Assembly: GCA_020184695.1 (NCBI GenBank) | Contig: JAANOX010000042.1 | Location: 124,001 to 188,000 of the forward strand | From: Histomonas meleagridis 2922-C6/04-290x | Lineage: Eukaryota > Protista > Parabasalia | Direction: 5' to 3' | DNA length: 64,000 bases | Part shown: piece by piece, positions 10,515 through 21,900 of the stretch | Numbering within the stretch: the stretch's first letter is position 1 | Layout: every line of letters starts with the position of its first letter | The notes under the pieces: generated by a model | The model's input: only the letters and a program-made list of their open reading frames with translations | Told to the model about the DNA's origin: nothing | Databases searched by the model: none | Program-made: the position numbers and the translations under genes

Positions 10515-12206
10515 ATGAATATCACTGTTCTCTTCCTTGCGAGTTCGAATATATATAATTCTCTTTTGTTTACAGGAAAGAACAACTACAATATACAGAA
10601 TTCCATTTTCAAAAACTCATTTTCATATTTTCTTTTTCAACCGAATTTGTTTCATATTACTAAAACCAGATTCGAGCGTTTTTTAAATCCAATTGTATAT
10701 AAAGAAGAAGAAAATTGTCCATCATCTTATCCTGTTAGATCACCTAGTCGTATGACTCAATGTTCTTTTACTCAAATTTCTTCACAAATCATTTTAATTT
10801 ACAATTATAACACTGGGGGAAATTTAGAAGTTATTTCCTGCATGTTTAGTGAATGTAAATGTGATGGAAACATGATTTATTTCTATAGAAACAATTTTGA
10901 TTTCAGTCAAAACTGCATTTTCCAATGTTCATCCAGCGGCAGTATATTATATTTCGAGATGGGTGTTACAGAGGATTGTTTTGGTTCCTTAATGTTTAAT
11001 TCAAATACCATTCTTCAATATCCAAATCAATCAATCAACAACAACAAAGTAATCACATCACGTCAAGGTCAAACCAAAATATCATATTCCAACTTTACAT
11101 ATAATCGCAAGGTTTCTGATGATATATATCTCATTGATGTTAATGCTGATCATTCACGTGGCAAATCTTTTGAACTAACATATTCCAACTTCATGCACAA
11201 CTATGGGGAGCTTATGATAGAAGTGAGTGACCATTCTCGTGCATGGCTTATGTATTGTAATTTCGTCAACAACACCGGTCCTGAAAACTCGAATTTGTTT
11301 TACTTCCAATACGTAGACTCTAAGGCTGTCGATCTTCAGTTTTTATACTTTGACAAAAACATTTATCCGATATTTAGAAACACTTTGTTTACTTCGCAGT
11401 CGTTGTTAAAAGGCTGTAACTTTGATATAGAAGAAGACGAAATGTATTCGCCGAATTCGAATAAGATGCAGTGCATAAATTGCACATTTGGATTGGAAAC
11501 AGTGCCAACGTGCACACTAACAATAGAAGCAATGGCGTCGTGCGTCGTGCCGGGAACACCACTGCCTCCGACGCCCGAGGAAACAACAGAAGAATTAATG
11601 TCTTCATCACAGGAAGCGACAGAAGAAACCTCGATCCAAACGTCATCAGAAGAAGCAATATCTTCATCACAAAAAACTGTAGAAGAAACATCGTTCATAA
11701 TAACAGAAATCACAGAGGAAACAATAATTTCATCACAGGCGACTGCAGAAGAAACATCGCCCATAATAACAGAAATCACAACGGAAACAACAGAGGAAAC
11801 AATAATTTCATCACAGGCGACTGCAGAAGAAACATCGTTTATAATAACAGAAATCACAACGGAAACAACAGAGGAAACATACACGCGCACTTCAGAATAC
11901 GTAAGTGATGTTAGCTACGCTTCGTCGTCTTCCCAACACTCCAGCGGTCTCAACACCTTTATCATTATTATAGTTGTGCTTATCATCATGGTTATTGTCA
12001 TCATAATCATTGTATGCTTTGTAAAAAGAGATAAGCAAAAAGATAAAAATCCAAACTCTTTCATCGAAAATGATCTGCTTAAGTCGGATCCGTCTCTTTT
12101 CTCGGCAGAAAACAGTAGTGAATTGCTATCGGCGAATTCGCTCGATAACCCGTATGCGCTGTATGAAACAACGCCTTCACGCGACGGCTTAGATGTGGAT
12201 CTTTAA
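10515..12206 (+). CDS. Single-pass type I surface protein with Cys-containing ectodomain and Thr/Glu-rich stalk
   Basis: Hydrophobic N-terminus (MNITVLFLASS) and an ectodomain with recurring Cys/Phe/Asn pattern. TEET-rich repeats, then a TM helix FIIIIVVLIIMVIVIIIIVCFV followed by KR, and a cytoplasmic tail with DNPY. An alternative upstream ATG lies at 10452. Confidence 0.85.
   Translation: MNITVLFLASSNIYNSLLFTGKNNYNIQNSIFKNSFSYFLFQPNLFHITKTRFERFLNPIVYKEEENCPSSYPVRSPSRMTQCSFTQISSQIILIYNYNTGGNLEVISCMFSECKCDGNMIYFYRNNFDFSQNCIFQCSSSGSILYFEMGVTEDCFGSLMFNSNTILQYPNQSINNNKVITSRQGQTKISYSNFTYNRKVSDDIYLIDVNADHSRGKSFELTYSNFMHNYGELMIEVSDHSRAWLMYCNFVNNTGPENSNLFYFQYVDSKAVDLQFLYFDKNIYPIFRNTLFTSQSLLKGCNFDIEEDEMYSPNSNKMQCINCTFGLETVPTCTLTIEAMASCVVPGTPLPPTPEETTEELMSSSQEATEETSIQTSSEEAISSSQKTVEETSFIITEITEETIISSQATAEETSPIITEITTETTEETIISSQATAEETSFIITEITTETTEETYTRTSEYVSDVSYASSSSQHSSGLNTFIIIIVVLIIMVIVIIIIVCFVKRDKQKDKNPNSFIENDLLKSDPSLFSAENSSELLSANSLDNPYALYETTPSRDGLDVDL
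11575..11880 (+). repeat. Imperfect coding tandem repeats (TEETIISSQATAEETSxIITEIT), about 66-78 bp units
   Basis: Repeated acagaggaaacaataatttcatcacaggcgactgcagaagaaacatcg..ataataacagaaatcaca blocks. Confidence 0.85.
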
Positions 12207-12615
12207 ACATAAAATAAGTTAAAAATGTTTGTTTACTGATTATTTGTTGTATGAGCGCTTTGTCTTTGATGAGCTTAATGATGTCTTGGCACATGTTTAG
12301 TTTCTGTAACGCAAATTTGGGCTTAAAAAACATTTCAAGTGTTACTTTGGTACGATAATTAAAATGATTTTGGAGAATTAAAAATATCTGTTGTATAAAT
12401 GATAGATCTGTTGCGGTTTGAAGAAGGTATCCATTCGTAGCAAACCATGGTTTTAATTCAGGTACATATTCTAGAAATAAAAAATGAAAAATCCGAAGAT
12501 ACATTTCTGGTTGACCAGAGATCATATTGGCTTCATTCCAAATGCCTTTATATTTCATGTCTCGGAGTTCAATCTTAATCGCTCTGCATTTCGAACGAAT
12601 TTCAACTTCGGACAT
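12079..12615 (-). CDS. CEP44: CEP44-domain centriolar protein
   Basis: ELRDMKY...ISGQPEMYLRIFHFLFLEY...TDLSFIQQIFLILQNHFNYRTKVTLEMFFKPKFALQKLNMCQDII matches the CEP44 N-terminal domain (LRLLNYP...KGDPAA...NDLRFIDAVYKLLRDQFNYKP...FAEWKI). ATG at 12615. Confidence 0.8.
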   Translation of the reverse strand: MSEVEIRSKCRAIKIELRDMKYKGIWNEANMISGQPEMYLRIFHFLFLEYVPELKPWFATNGYLLQTATDLSFIQQIFLILQNHFNYRTKVTLEMFFKPKFALQKLNMCQDIIKLIKDKALIQQIISKQTFLTYFMFKDPHLSRRVKALFHTAHTGYRANSPIAIHYCFLPRKETDPT

Positions 12616-12691
12616 TTTGGGATTAACGTACGAAAAAGGTTGGGACTGTAACGCATTCAAAAATTGAATGGGAAAAGGAGTTTTCCTTTAT

Positions 12692-13285
12692 TTAGCATTT
12701 ACATGTGTCGCCACCACCTTGAGACCCATTATCGAGACGCTTTCCTTCGTCAGTTGGTTTGATGTCGGAATTAGTTAAGCTCTTTCTGTAAACAGTAGCA
12801 GCAGTTCTTTGGAATGCTTCTTGGATGTTATCTCCTCCAAGTGCTGATGTTTCGAGATAATTTAATTGGTGAAGTTGTGCAAAACTTTCTGCTTCTGTGG
12901 TTGTGATTGAACGTTGATCTTTCAAATCAGATTTATTACCAATCAAGGTAACAACAGCATTTGGATCACAAAGTGAATGAATGTCACTAAGCCAACCTGA
13001 TAAATCTTCAAATGATTTACGGTCTGTAAGATCAAATACTAAAATTACACCAATTGCAGAACGGAAATATGCTTTTGCTATGGACCTGAAACGCTCTTGA
13101 CCAGCGGTATCCCAAATTTGTAGTTTTATGCTTTTTCCATCAACATCAACAGATGTCGCTAAAAATTCAACGCCAATTGTTGACTGTGACTCACCTGTGA
13201 ATACGTCGTCAACCAAACGTTTGAGGATTGCTGTTTTTCCGACACCACTAGAACCAATTACGATGAATTTGAAGCTGTTTGACAT
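12692..13285 (-). CDS. Rab-family small GTPase
   Basis: GSSGVGKT, TIGVEF, WDTAGQERFRSI, GNKSD, ETSA and a C-terminal CKC prenylation motif. Confidence 0.97.
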   Translation of the reverse strand: MSNSFKFIVIGSSGVGKTAILKRLVDDVFTGESQSTIGVEFLATSVDVDGKSIKLQIWDTAGQERFRSIAKAYFRSAIGVILVFDLTDRKSFEDLSGWLSDIHSLCDPNAVVTLIGNKSDLKDQRSITTTEAESFAQLHQLNYLETSALGGDNIQEAFQRTAATVYRKSLTNSDIKPTDEGKRLDNGSQGGGDTCKC

Positions 13286-13300
13286 CGATCAAAGTTGTTT

Positions 13301-13308
13301 GCGGTTAT
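13301..13308 (+). promoter_or_regulatory. GCGGTTAT M3-like motif upstream of Rab
   Basis: Same core as the 10389/10435 motif, 15 nt upstream of the Rab ATG (opposite orientation). Confidence 0.35.
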
Positions 13309-13673
13309 TCTCTCAATTCCACATTTACAATAAAAACTGCTTTTTTTTGTGGTTATTATAAACGTTCTCCATTATGGGTTGTTAACATCTTTGACAAATT
13401 CATTAATAAAACCTTTTTTCATATTGTACAATTTTTAATTGATTTGGAGGGTTGTTTTTATGAATTATTTTTTTATAACAAAAGTTATTAAAATATAATT
13501 AAATTTTTAATTATTAATTTTTTAACAATCAAATAAATGATATAATTGATAAAGCTTCTAATATTTGATTGTACTTAAAATTAATATTAAAAAAATATAA
13601 TTTCCTGTTTCTTCGAGTCATATTGAGCGGCCACCTATTTTCACAATGTTTGTTTGATTTTCCTTTCTTTTCG

Positions 13674-15368
13674 ATGTCTGAGGCATTAATTCATCTTCGA
13701 GATTTAGGAATTCATAAGATGGAACACCAAAAATGGGCAAAAGCCGAAAATATTTTCACCAAAGTTATTGATCAAGTTGGAATAGCAAATGATGAAGAAG
13801 CTAATCTAAAGTGTTACTCACTTCTTCAACGTGCTCTTTGTCGTCTCTTCCTTGACAAAAAGGAAGAAGCCCGTGAAGATTCCAATGAAGTCATATCAAT
13901 ATATAAAACTATGAGACCAAATAATGATTTTTTGGATCCCGATTTCCATCCACCAGCAGATGATCCTCTAACACCTATAATCTCCAATGCCTTTCTTCGT
14001 CGTGGCCAAGTCTTTGAACTTAATTCAAAGCTTCTTGATGCACTTAAAGAATACAAAATTTCGTCACGTCTAAATCCAAATGCAGAAGGCGAAGCAGCCA
14101 TAGCTCGTCTTTTCAACGACATTAATCTTCCTGTTATTCTTACCGACGAAGAAGGACTTGAAGCATTTGCTCCGATACCAATAAATATTCTCGATATTGA
14201 CAAACTTAATGAATGCTTAGACGCTGCACTCAAGCATTTAATGGAGTCCGATATCACACAACCCATTATCGCCAAGATTAATTCCAAAGGAATTTGTCGT
14301 ATCTTTTATGCGACGATTCAATTATATATTTCAAACAGTTCTATTGTCTCCAAATGCATCCACGCGCTCACTATCTTCGCAGCGAAGGGAGTAGGCGATG
14401 TTTGGTCGGGTTATATCATTCTTCATTACGCGTTAATTAATTTCAAAACCGACAAAACCATTTTCATCCAATTAATTACATTATTACAATTAGTACCACC
14501 AGAGCTATTCCAGCAGATGACTGAATGTGATTTTGTCACACCTTTAATCGAAGGCTTTTCATTTGATTTAACAGATTCCGAAATCCAAACAATTTTTTAT
14601 TTGGTATACCAATTAATAACCAACGAAGAGTTACTTCTTAAGTCATATGACATGGGAATAATCAAGCAATGCTTCATGCATAAGTCAAAAGGTTCACTTC
14701 TTTTACTTAGTAAAATATGTGCAATACCAATCGCTTGTAAAGACGCCGTAGATAATGGCGTTTTAGATTGGTGCATTGACGAGTTAAATGTTAAAGATAA
14801 TGATCCAAATAATTTACGCGCTCCGATGCTTTTGATCACAAGATATTTATTAACGGTTCCTTTACCAAGTGAATGCGACGATCAAAAACCGCCTGCTGAA
14901 ATTGTGGAGTTTACACAAAAAGTGTTCGATATCGTTATGAGTAATGTCGTGTCAAATTCAAAGTCATCTGAGATCGTTTCTTGTGCTTTCGGTATTCTAG
15001 CTTTGTGTGTGCCGTTTTCGGTTGAGAGTGTTGGTAAGAATAAGGCAGTGAGGGCCGCGTCTGTGATGCTTGCAATATATTGTAATGATATATCTGTGGC
15101 AACAAATATTGTCACGTTTTTGTATGAGGCTTTGAAATATGGCTGTAAGGAACAAATTAAAAGCGATGTGGCTGTTGTGAAAACTGTTGCAAAGGCAATT
15201 GCCGAAAATCCGGAATCGCAATTGTTGGTCGAAAGAGGCGTGATAATTGCGTACGAGTGCGGGCATAGCAATGGAAAAGTTATGCTGCAGGCTGCTGTAA
15301 AGCAATTCCCAACTTCAGATGTATTAAGGAAATATGTTGAAAAGGTGGGAAAGGAATTACTTAAATAA
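13674..15368 (+). CDS. TPR plus ARM/HEAT-repeat protein (UNC-45/TTC12-like architecture)
   Basis: N-terminal TPR helices (LRDLGIHKMEHQKWAKAENIFTKVI; LLQRALCRLFL; AFLRRGQVFELNSKLLDALKEYKISSRLNP) followed by Leu-rich armadillo-like repeats. First ATG at 13674. Confidence 0.75.
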   Translation: MSEALIHLRDLGIHKMEHQKWAKAENIFTKVIDQVGIANDEEANLKCYSLLQRALCRLFLDKKEEAREDSNEVISIYKTMRPNNDFLDPDFHPPADDPLTPIISNAFLRRGQVFELNSKLLDALKEYKISSRLNPNAEGEAAIARLFNDINLPVILTDEEGLEAFAPIPINILDIDKLNECLDAALKHLMESDITQPIIAKINSKGICRIFYATIQLYISNSSIVSKCIHALTIFAAKGVGDVWSGYIILHYALINFKTDKTIFIQLITLLQLVPPELFQQMTECDFVTPLIEGFSFDLTDSEIQTIFYLVYQLITNEELLLKSYDMGIIKQCFMHKSKGSLLLLSKICAIPIACKDAVDNGVLDWCIDELNVKDNDPNNLRAPMLLITRYLLTVPLPSECDDQKPPAEIVEFTQKVFDIVMSNVVSNSKSSEIVSCAFGILALCVPFSVESVGKNKAVRAASVMLAIYCNDISVATNIVTFLYEALKYGCKEQIKSDVAVVKTVAKAIAENPESQLLVERGVIIAYECGHSNGKVMLQAAVKQFPTSDVLRKYVEKVGKELLK

Positions 15369-15467
15369 AAGATATGTAGAATATGAATTCCAAGTTTTTA
15401 AAAATTATAATGAGAATCTCATTAAGTTCACACAAATATTTTAATTTGCATTTTATAAGGATGAAAT

Positions 15468-15670
15468 ATTACTTCTTGAACAAGAAGAAAGTGTTTTAAA
15501 TGATATTATTCATTACAATAATCTAAAAATTCAAAATAATATTTATAAATTATTAAAATTATTTGAAACAGCTGTTTCACTTATGTAGACATCTGGTAAT
15601 GGTAATATAGGAATAGTAAAATTACTTTTTGAACAATAAGGATTTGATAATATTGTTAGAATATTTGATT
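15468..15670 (+). pseudogene. Solo remnant of an ankyrin repeat plus spacer unit
   Basis: Translates LLLEQEE...NDII..IQNNIYKLLKLFETAVSLM*TSGNGNIGIVKLLFEQ*GFD. Contains tcaaaataatatttataaattattaaaattatttgaaacagc, homologous to the spacers at 39.2-40.6 kb and 58.4-59.4 kb. Confidence 0.75.
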
Positions 15671-15980
15671 TTTCTTTTCAATGTTTAAATTTTATTTTAA
15701 CAATTATTATAATATAAAAATAAATACATACTTTCTAAACCTGATTTTAGAATTTTTTGTAGCTAGAATACAAATGTTTTATACTAAACAAAGGAAAACA
15801 GCAAAATTTTCACCTTAAATTTTGTTACTTGAGATATTAAATTTTAAAATTTACATAAGAAGAATCATACAGAAAATTAATTCATTCTCTTTGGAAATTA
15901 TATCACATATCAAACAACCATTACAATATAAATTATATTCCACAAAAACATTTTATTCAACAAAAATTTACAAACATATA

Positions 15981-18900
15981 TTATATCCACGACATTCCCA
16001 CTGGTTGTGCGTAGAACACGTTTTCAGCTGATTCTATCAAATGGTTCAACAGCAAAAATGGGAATGGTTCGTCAGAGTTATCTTCCACTTCCGAATTCAT
16101 TACCATTAATTTGTCCAACTTATCCATTATGCTTCTCCATCTTTCGTCTATATTATCTACAGATGGATGCAGCGCTCTTAAGTAAATACCGAATGTGTCT
16201 TCGTTACTTCTTAAAGCTTCGATCGAGTTATGCCACACTGAAGAGAAAGTACCCAAAAGCACAAACTTCGGCAAAACCATTTTAATTTGCGGGGTCAAAG
16301 GTTGGAATTGATACAGCGCCATTTTCTCGCTAAAGAAGTTTGGCATGCACATACACATTCCATTATTCGACAGCATCAAAGAAGATATGTTTGATAAGCA
16401 TTGAGCATTTAATAACATATTTAAAAGACTAATGAATGAAATATGAGACGCGAAACTTTGTCTTGCGAATATGAAATCAACTAAAGATCCTTTCGTTGAT
16501 TTATAAAACCAATTTAATATTATATCGTTTGGAATGTCAGTCGTTTTACGTCTCTTTATAGATAAAGGATCATTAGTTTGAGGTATTTCTTCGTTTTTAA
16601 AATTTTCATAAAGATTTAAAAGGATATCCGAATCATGTGAAAAGTTTTTATAACAAACAAAGTTATCATATTGTACTAAAATCATGTAACTATTGATTTG
16701 TATCGAAGAATGTGGATAAAAGACATAATTACTATGAGTTTTATTCGAGATGTTTTTCCGTAATAACCTTAACATACCTAACATGAACATATGTTCGGAA
16801 GAAGTAAAATGATATATATGAGGAGAAGTAATTAAAAATCGTTTAATTTCTCCAGTATTAGTTAAGAAGTTTAAAACAGATTCTTCACTTTCAACAGTAT
16901 TCATAAAGATACTTAATATACGCATCGAATCTAAAGTAGGAAAACGAAATCCATTTAATGAATGATATTCTATATTAGAGTTATTCGTTTTGAAAACTAA
17001 TTTATGCTCTAAACAAAAATTAACAATCGATTCTATATCATTACCAATGTTTTGGAATTCTTTTGGTATTGGAATCAATTTTTTATTAGCGAAACATTGA
17101 TATAAAAAATAATGTGCACGAATGGCATTAAAAAAGTTAAAGACGTCATCTTTACAATTTTTAATCCAAGAAAAAGCGTTTTCATAATCATTGACTTGTC
17201 TACGTTCAGGTAATGCATCTAATTCTTTTTTAATATCATTAAAATATTGTGTACGTGGTGCATATAGATGTAAATTTAAATTGAAATAAATTGGATTTCT
17301 TTGGAATAATTCGATTAGAAATTCCGATGGTAATTGATTTGTTAATGAGAATAACTGTGGTAAGAAACGTAACCACGTTTCTTTAATTTCATCATTTAAA
17401 CCTTTCGTAAAAAATATTTGGAAATATTGTTGTAAAGGTTTATAAGTTCGTAATAATACTATGATTAAAGACATTAAATATATATTGTTCGGAGCATTAG
17501 ATTTTAATAATTCACGTTGAATAAATGTGAAACATGTTATAGGATCTTTAATAAGTGAAGGGTTTAATGTTATTAATGTTACTAATATTTGAAATAATCG
17601 CTTAGAATTTAAATAATTTTTAAAACTTTCTTGTTTAATTGAATAAAAATCAAATAATTTTAATGAATATTTTATATGTAAGTTCTCTAATGGTAATGAA
17701 TTGATTTTATTGTTATTGTTTTTGGATAAAAATCGATATACATATGGAATATTTTCTTTGGTGACATTAAACGATTTACGATTATGATATAATAAAGAAC
17801 GTGAAAATAATTTCAGTGAATTACGTATGGAACCACTTAACATAAATAATTTAGATAAGTTATTATATGTTCGATAAATTTCATTTATATTATTTGGATC
17901 ACTATTAAATTCTAAATTTTGATGTAATGAAAGTTTTAAACAATAATTCGATATAATAGAAGTTTGTTTATCGATAAATTTTGTTGGGAAATTCGATAAA
18001 ATTTTTATCATTTCAGAACTATTAAATTGCATATTTCGTTGTTGCAAATAATTTCGAGCTAAAAACACAGTTTTAATTAAATTATAACGAAATATTATTG
18101 GTAAATAAGTCGATGAAAAAAATGATGTTAATAAATTTTCATTAAGTGTTCCATAGTTTTGTAAAAATGGGAAAATAAGTTCATTTCGAGAATTAGTATA
18201 CATTTCAAATGGTAAATCTAATAATTTAATTGATGAATTTATTACTGAATTTCGTAATTGACATAATCCATAAAAATAAATTTCATGATTTTCAGACATA
18301 ACTTTTAAATAATATGTTTTTGCTGCATTAAAATTAGATAATTGATGATATGTAGCAGCAGTGAAATATTTCGGAAACTTTTCTTTAAGAATACCTAATG
18401 AATCATCATATAAATTACGCTTTTCTAAATAATGTATATTAGTATATATATATTGATTAGGTAATGGATACCCATTAAATAATAAATAACTTGTAACAAA
18501 TGAATCATTTAATTCTGATTTAGGAAACATTGATATATAAAATTTAGCAAACTCTGAAATATTTATATTATTTAAAGATATAGAAATTGTTAATTTTATT
18601 TGTTCTAATGTTAAATATCGAATATAAATTCCCATTTCATTAGTTAATAAATATTTAGCTAATAAATGCGGATGAATTTCAATCGGAATATTATACCAAT
18701 TAGTTTGATATAATGTATTATTAATATCTTCTGAATGTTGTGAAAATATTGATGTTGTTGTTGATAAATTTTGAACAAACTCTAAAAGTTGTGGAAATTC
18801 TTCGATTACCATTTTATAGATAAATTCTTCGACTTTATAATGTAATGGATGTTTTAAATTCATTAATTCTATTTTACATTTATGTTCATCAGTAGGTTTA

Positions 18901-21900
18901 AAGATATTTAAAAATATTGATATTTCTGTAAGTTGTTTTTTGTTTAATGGAATATTTGATATCCAATAACAAATTGTCGAAAATGATGTACGTAAAGGCT
19001 CAGGTACATGAACAAATTTTTGTTGTAATTCAATAAAAAGATCATTTAAATAAGATTTTTGTAAATGATAAGAATTTAATAATATATTAGTGACCACTTT
19101 TTGATAAACCAGTGAAAAATCTTCGTTATATTGAAATCCAAAATAAATTTTTGGATGTAAAGCATTAGGAATAGGTTTATTAATTAAATGAAATATAGGA
19201 CTTAAAGATGAAATCAACAAATAAATCATATTAGATTTACTTTGATTTTCATTAATAGTTAATGAATTAATTTTAGTAAAAAACGTATCTAATTTATTTA
19301 AATCGATTGAACTAAAATCAGTGTATTTAAGTATTTCTGTTATCCCAGCAGGATAATTATTTATAAAGAAATTTATATTATCATTTTGTTTTTGTGATAT
19401 GAAAAGTAATGAAACTAAAAATAATTCAAATATTCGATTATTAATTCTTTGATCAGTAATATTAACTTGTTTAAATATTAATGGTAAAAATATTAAAAAA
19501 TAATATTCTGGAGTTGCAACATTCGAATATAAATTTAATGAAGAAAATGTACATAAAAAATGGGAAATTTCGGGCGTAAATATTGAAATCGATTGAGGAA
19601 TCATTTTAAAACTAAATGAAGGAGATTTCGAAAAATATGGTAAAGAATTATTTAAATTATAAAACAAATTTGTTAATTCTTCTTGATTATAATAATTTAA
19701 ATCATGAAATACTTTAGATATGTAAAAAAATCGATAAACAGTTAAAATTGAATTTAATGGTATTATATTATATATTATACCTAATGCATGTAAGTTCGAA
19801 TTTAAATATATAATTGGATTAGTTTCATAATCTTGAATATAAACATTGTTTTTAATAATACCTATTAATGATGAATAATAAATAGTTAAATAACTTGGTA
19901 ATGATGTTTTTTGATTCATGTTTACATAACCTATTTCAAGTGTTTCAGGAATTTCATCTTGAAAAGTATCATAAAAATTATAAATTAATTCCCATTTAAA
20001 CATTTCGGAATAAATATTATTGATTTTAATATTATATAATTCTTGAATAAAAATCGAATTTTCATTAATTTCTTTAAGTTTGTTCATTAATTTAATTATA
20101 AAAATATTTCGACTAAATAAAAATGGTTCTTGAATTATATAATTTACTAATTTTTTTATATCAATTAATTCATTTTGTTTAGGAATTATGATTTTTATTA
20201 TATAATGAAATAATGTTGGTTTATACATAATAAATTTGTTTTTCTTTTCAAAAAAATTCGAAAAAGTTTTCAAAATCTGAAAAATTTTATCATAAATCAT
20301 TTTAGTACAATTCGATGAAATCTTTTGTAAACATTTTAATGTACAATTTATTAAAAAATCTTTTTCTTCTTTATTTTTAGAAGCCAAAGAAAATATATCA
20401 TTATTAATACAAATTTCTTGGAATTGTATTAATTCTTTATTTGTTAATAAATCAGTTAATAATTTTATTGTATAATTTTTCCATTCATTTGAAAATCGAC
20501 TTTTAAAACAATCATAAATTTGTTGAGGAAATTTTTTAGCTATTAAATATAAAGGAGGAATTGAATAATAATCATTAGCAATTAAAATTTCAGTAATTTC
20601 AAATGATAATTGTATAATATTATTTAAAGGATTCATATTAGCACTAATAATTTTAAATATAACTTTAAGTTTTTTAGCATTATTACTATTAGTCTTTAAT
20701 GATTTTATTATAAAAGATAAACAAAAATGTAAATATTGTTGAAGATTATCAAATTTAATTCCACTTTGAACTAACAAATATATAAATTTTAAATCGCCTA
20801 ATGATATTTGTATATTTTGTCTAAATAAAAATGTACAATCATTAGGATGAGGAATTTGATTATTTGGGGAAAACGAAATAGTTTTTTTCAATTTCTTTAA
20901 AAAATATAAATAAAAATCAATAAACTTATCATCTCTTAAAATGTTTAATAAATATTCCCAAATTTGTTGTGTTTGTTGTTGATTATTTAAGAAAACAATC
21001 AAATTTGCAATTAACTTAAAAATAAAACGTAAAATAAAAAAGTTTATAGTATGTTCATTCATATGAATATATTTTGTAACATTTAAAATTTCTAATGGAA
21101 AATATTCGGTTTGGAAATGTTTAATTATATCAATTAAATTACGTATAATTATTGAATGATCATGAATATCATCAAAAGGTTTATATAATACAAATACTGC
21201 TTGATGCCAATGTAATTTTTTTTGAATTAAAAATTTGGCAATATCTTTAATAATTATTTGTCGATGATTTGATATGAATTGTGGTATTAATTGATTCCTT
21301 TCTAATGATTTTAATGCGTATAATCCAAGTTTATGAGTTTTTCGATTAGGAATTGAACATATAAAATAATATTGTTTAGAAAGTTCTTCTGATATTTGTA
21401 CTTTAAAATTACTTTCATAAAGTTTTCCTAATATGATATCAATGATATTTTTACATGTTATAAAATCATATTTCGCTGATTGTATAATTACCAAATTAAT
21501 CTTAATGAAATAATTCGAAAATTCAATATTAGGCAAAAGAGTTTCAATGATTTTTAATGCGGGTATAGACGTATTACTTTTATAACATAAATATAAAAAT
21601 TGTTGAATACAATTAATAGGATCATAAATTTGGATATCATTCATATTTTTACAATATTTTACATAAAAATATAAAAACTTATAAAAATTATTCGGATCAA
21701 TGTTATCAATATTATTAATAAAAAATGAATTATCTTCTACAGTTAATAAATCACAAATTTCCTCAACTTGATGTGAACCACATACATCTATAAAACTTAA
21801 ATTATTAATTAAAGAAAAGAAAAGTTTTTTTAAGAATTCCATTGAAGGAATTTCATTTTGAGCTTTTTTAATAGCTCCTAAAAATATATCAACATCGATT

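Noticed and set aside
11363-11908. Antisense and alternate-frame ORFs over the T/E repeats
   Set aside because: By-products of the repetitive stalk of the surface protein.
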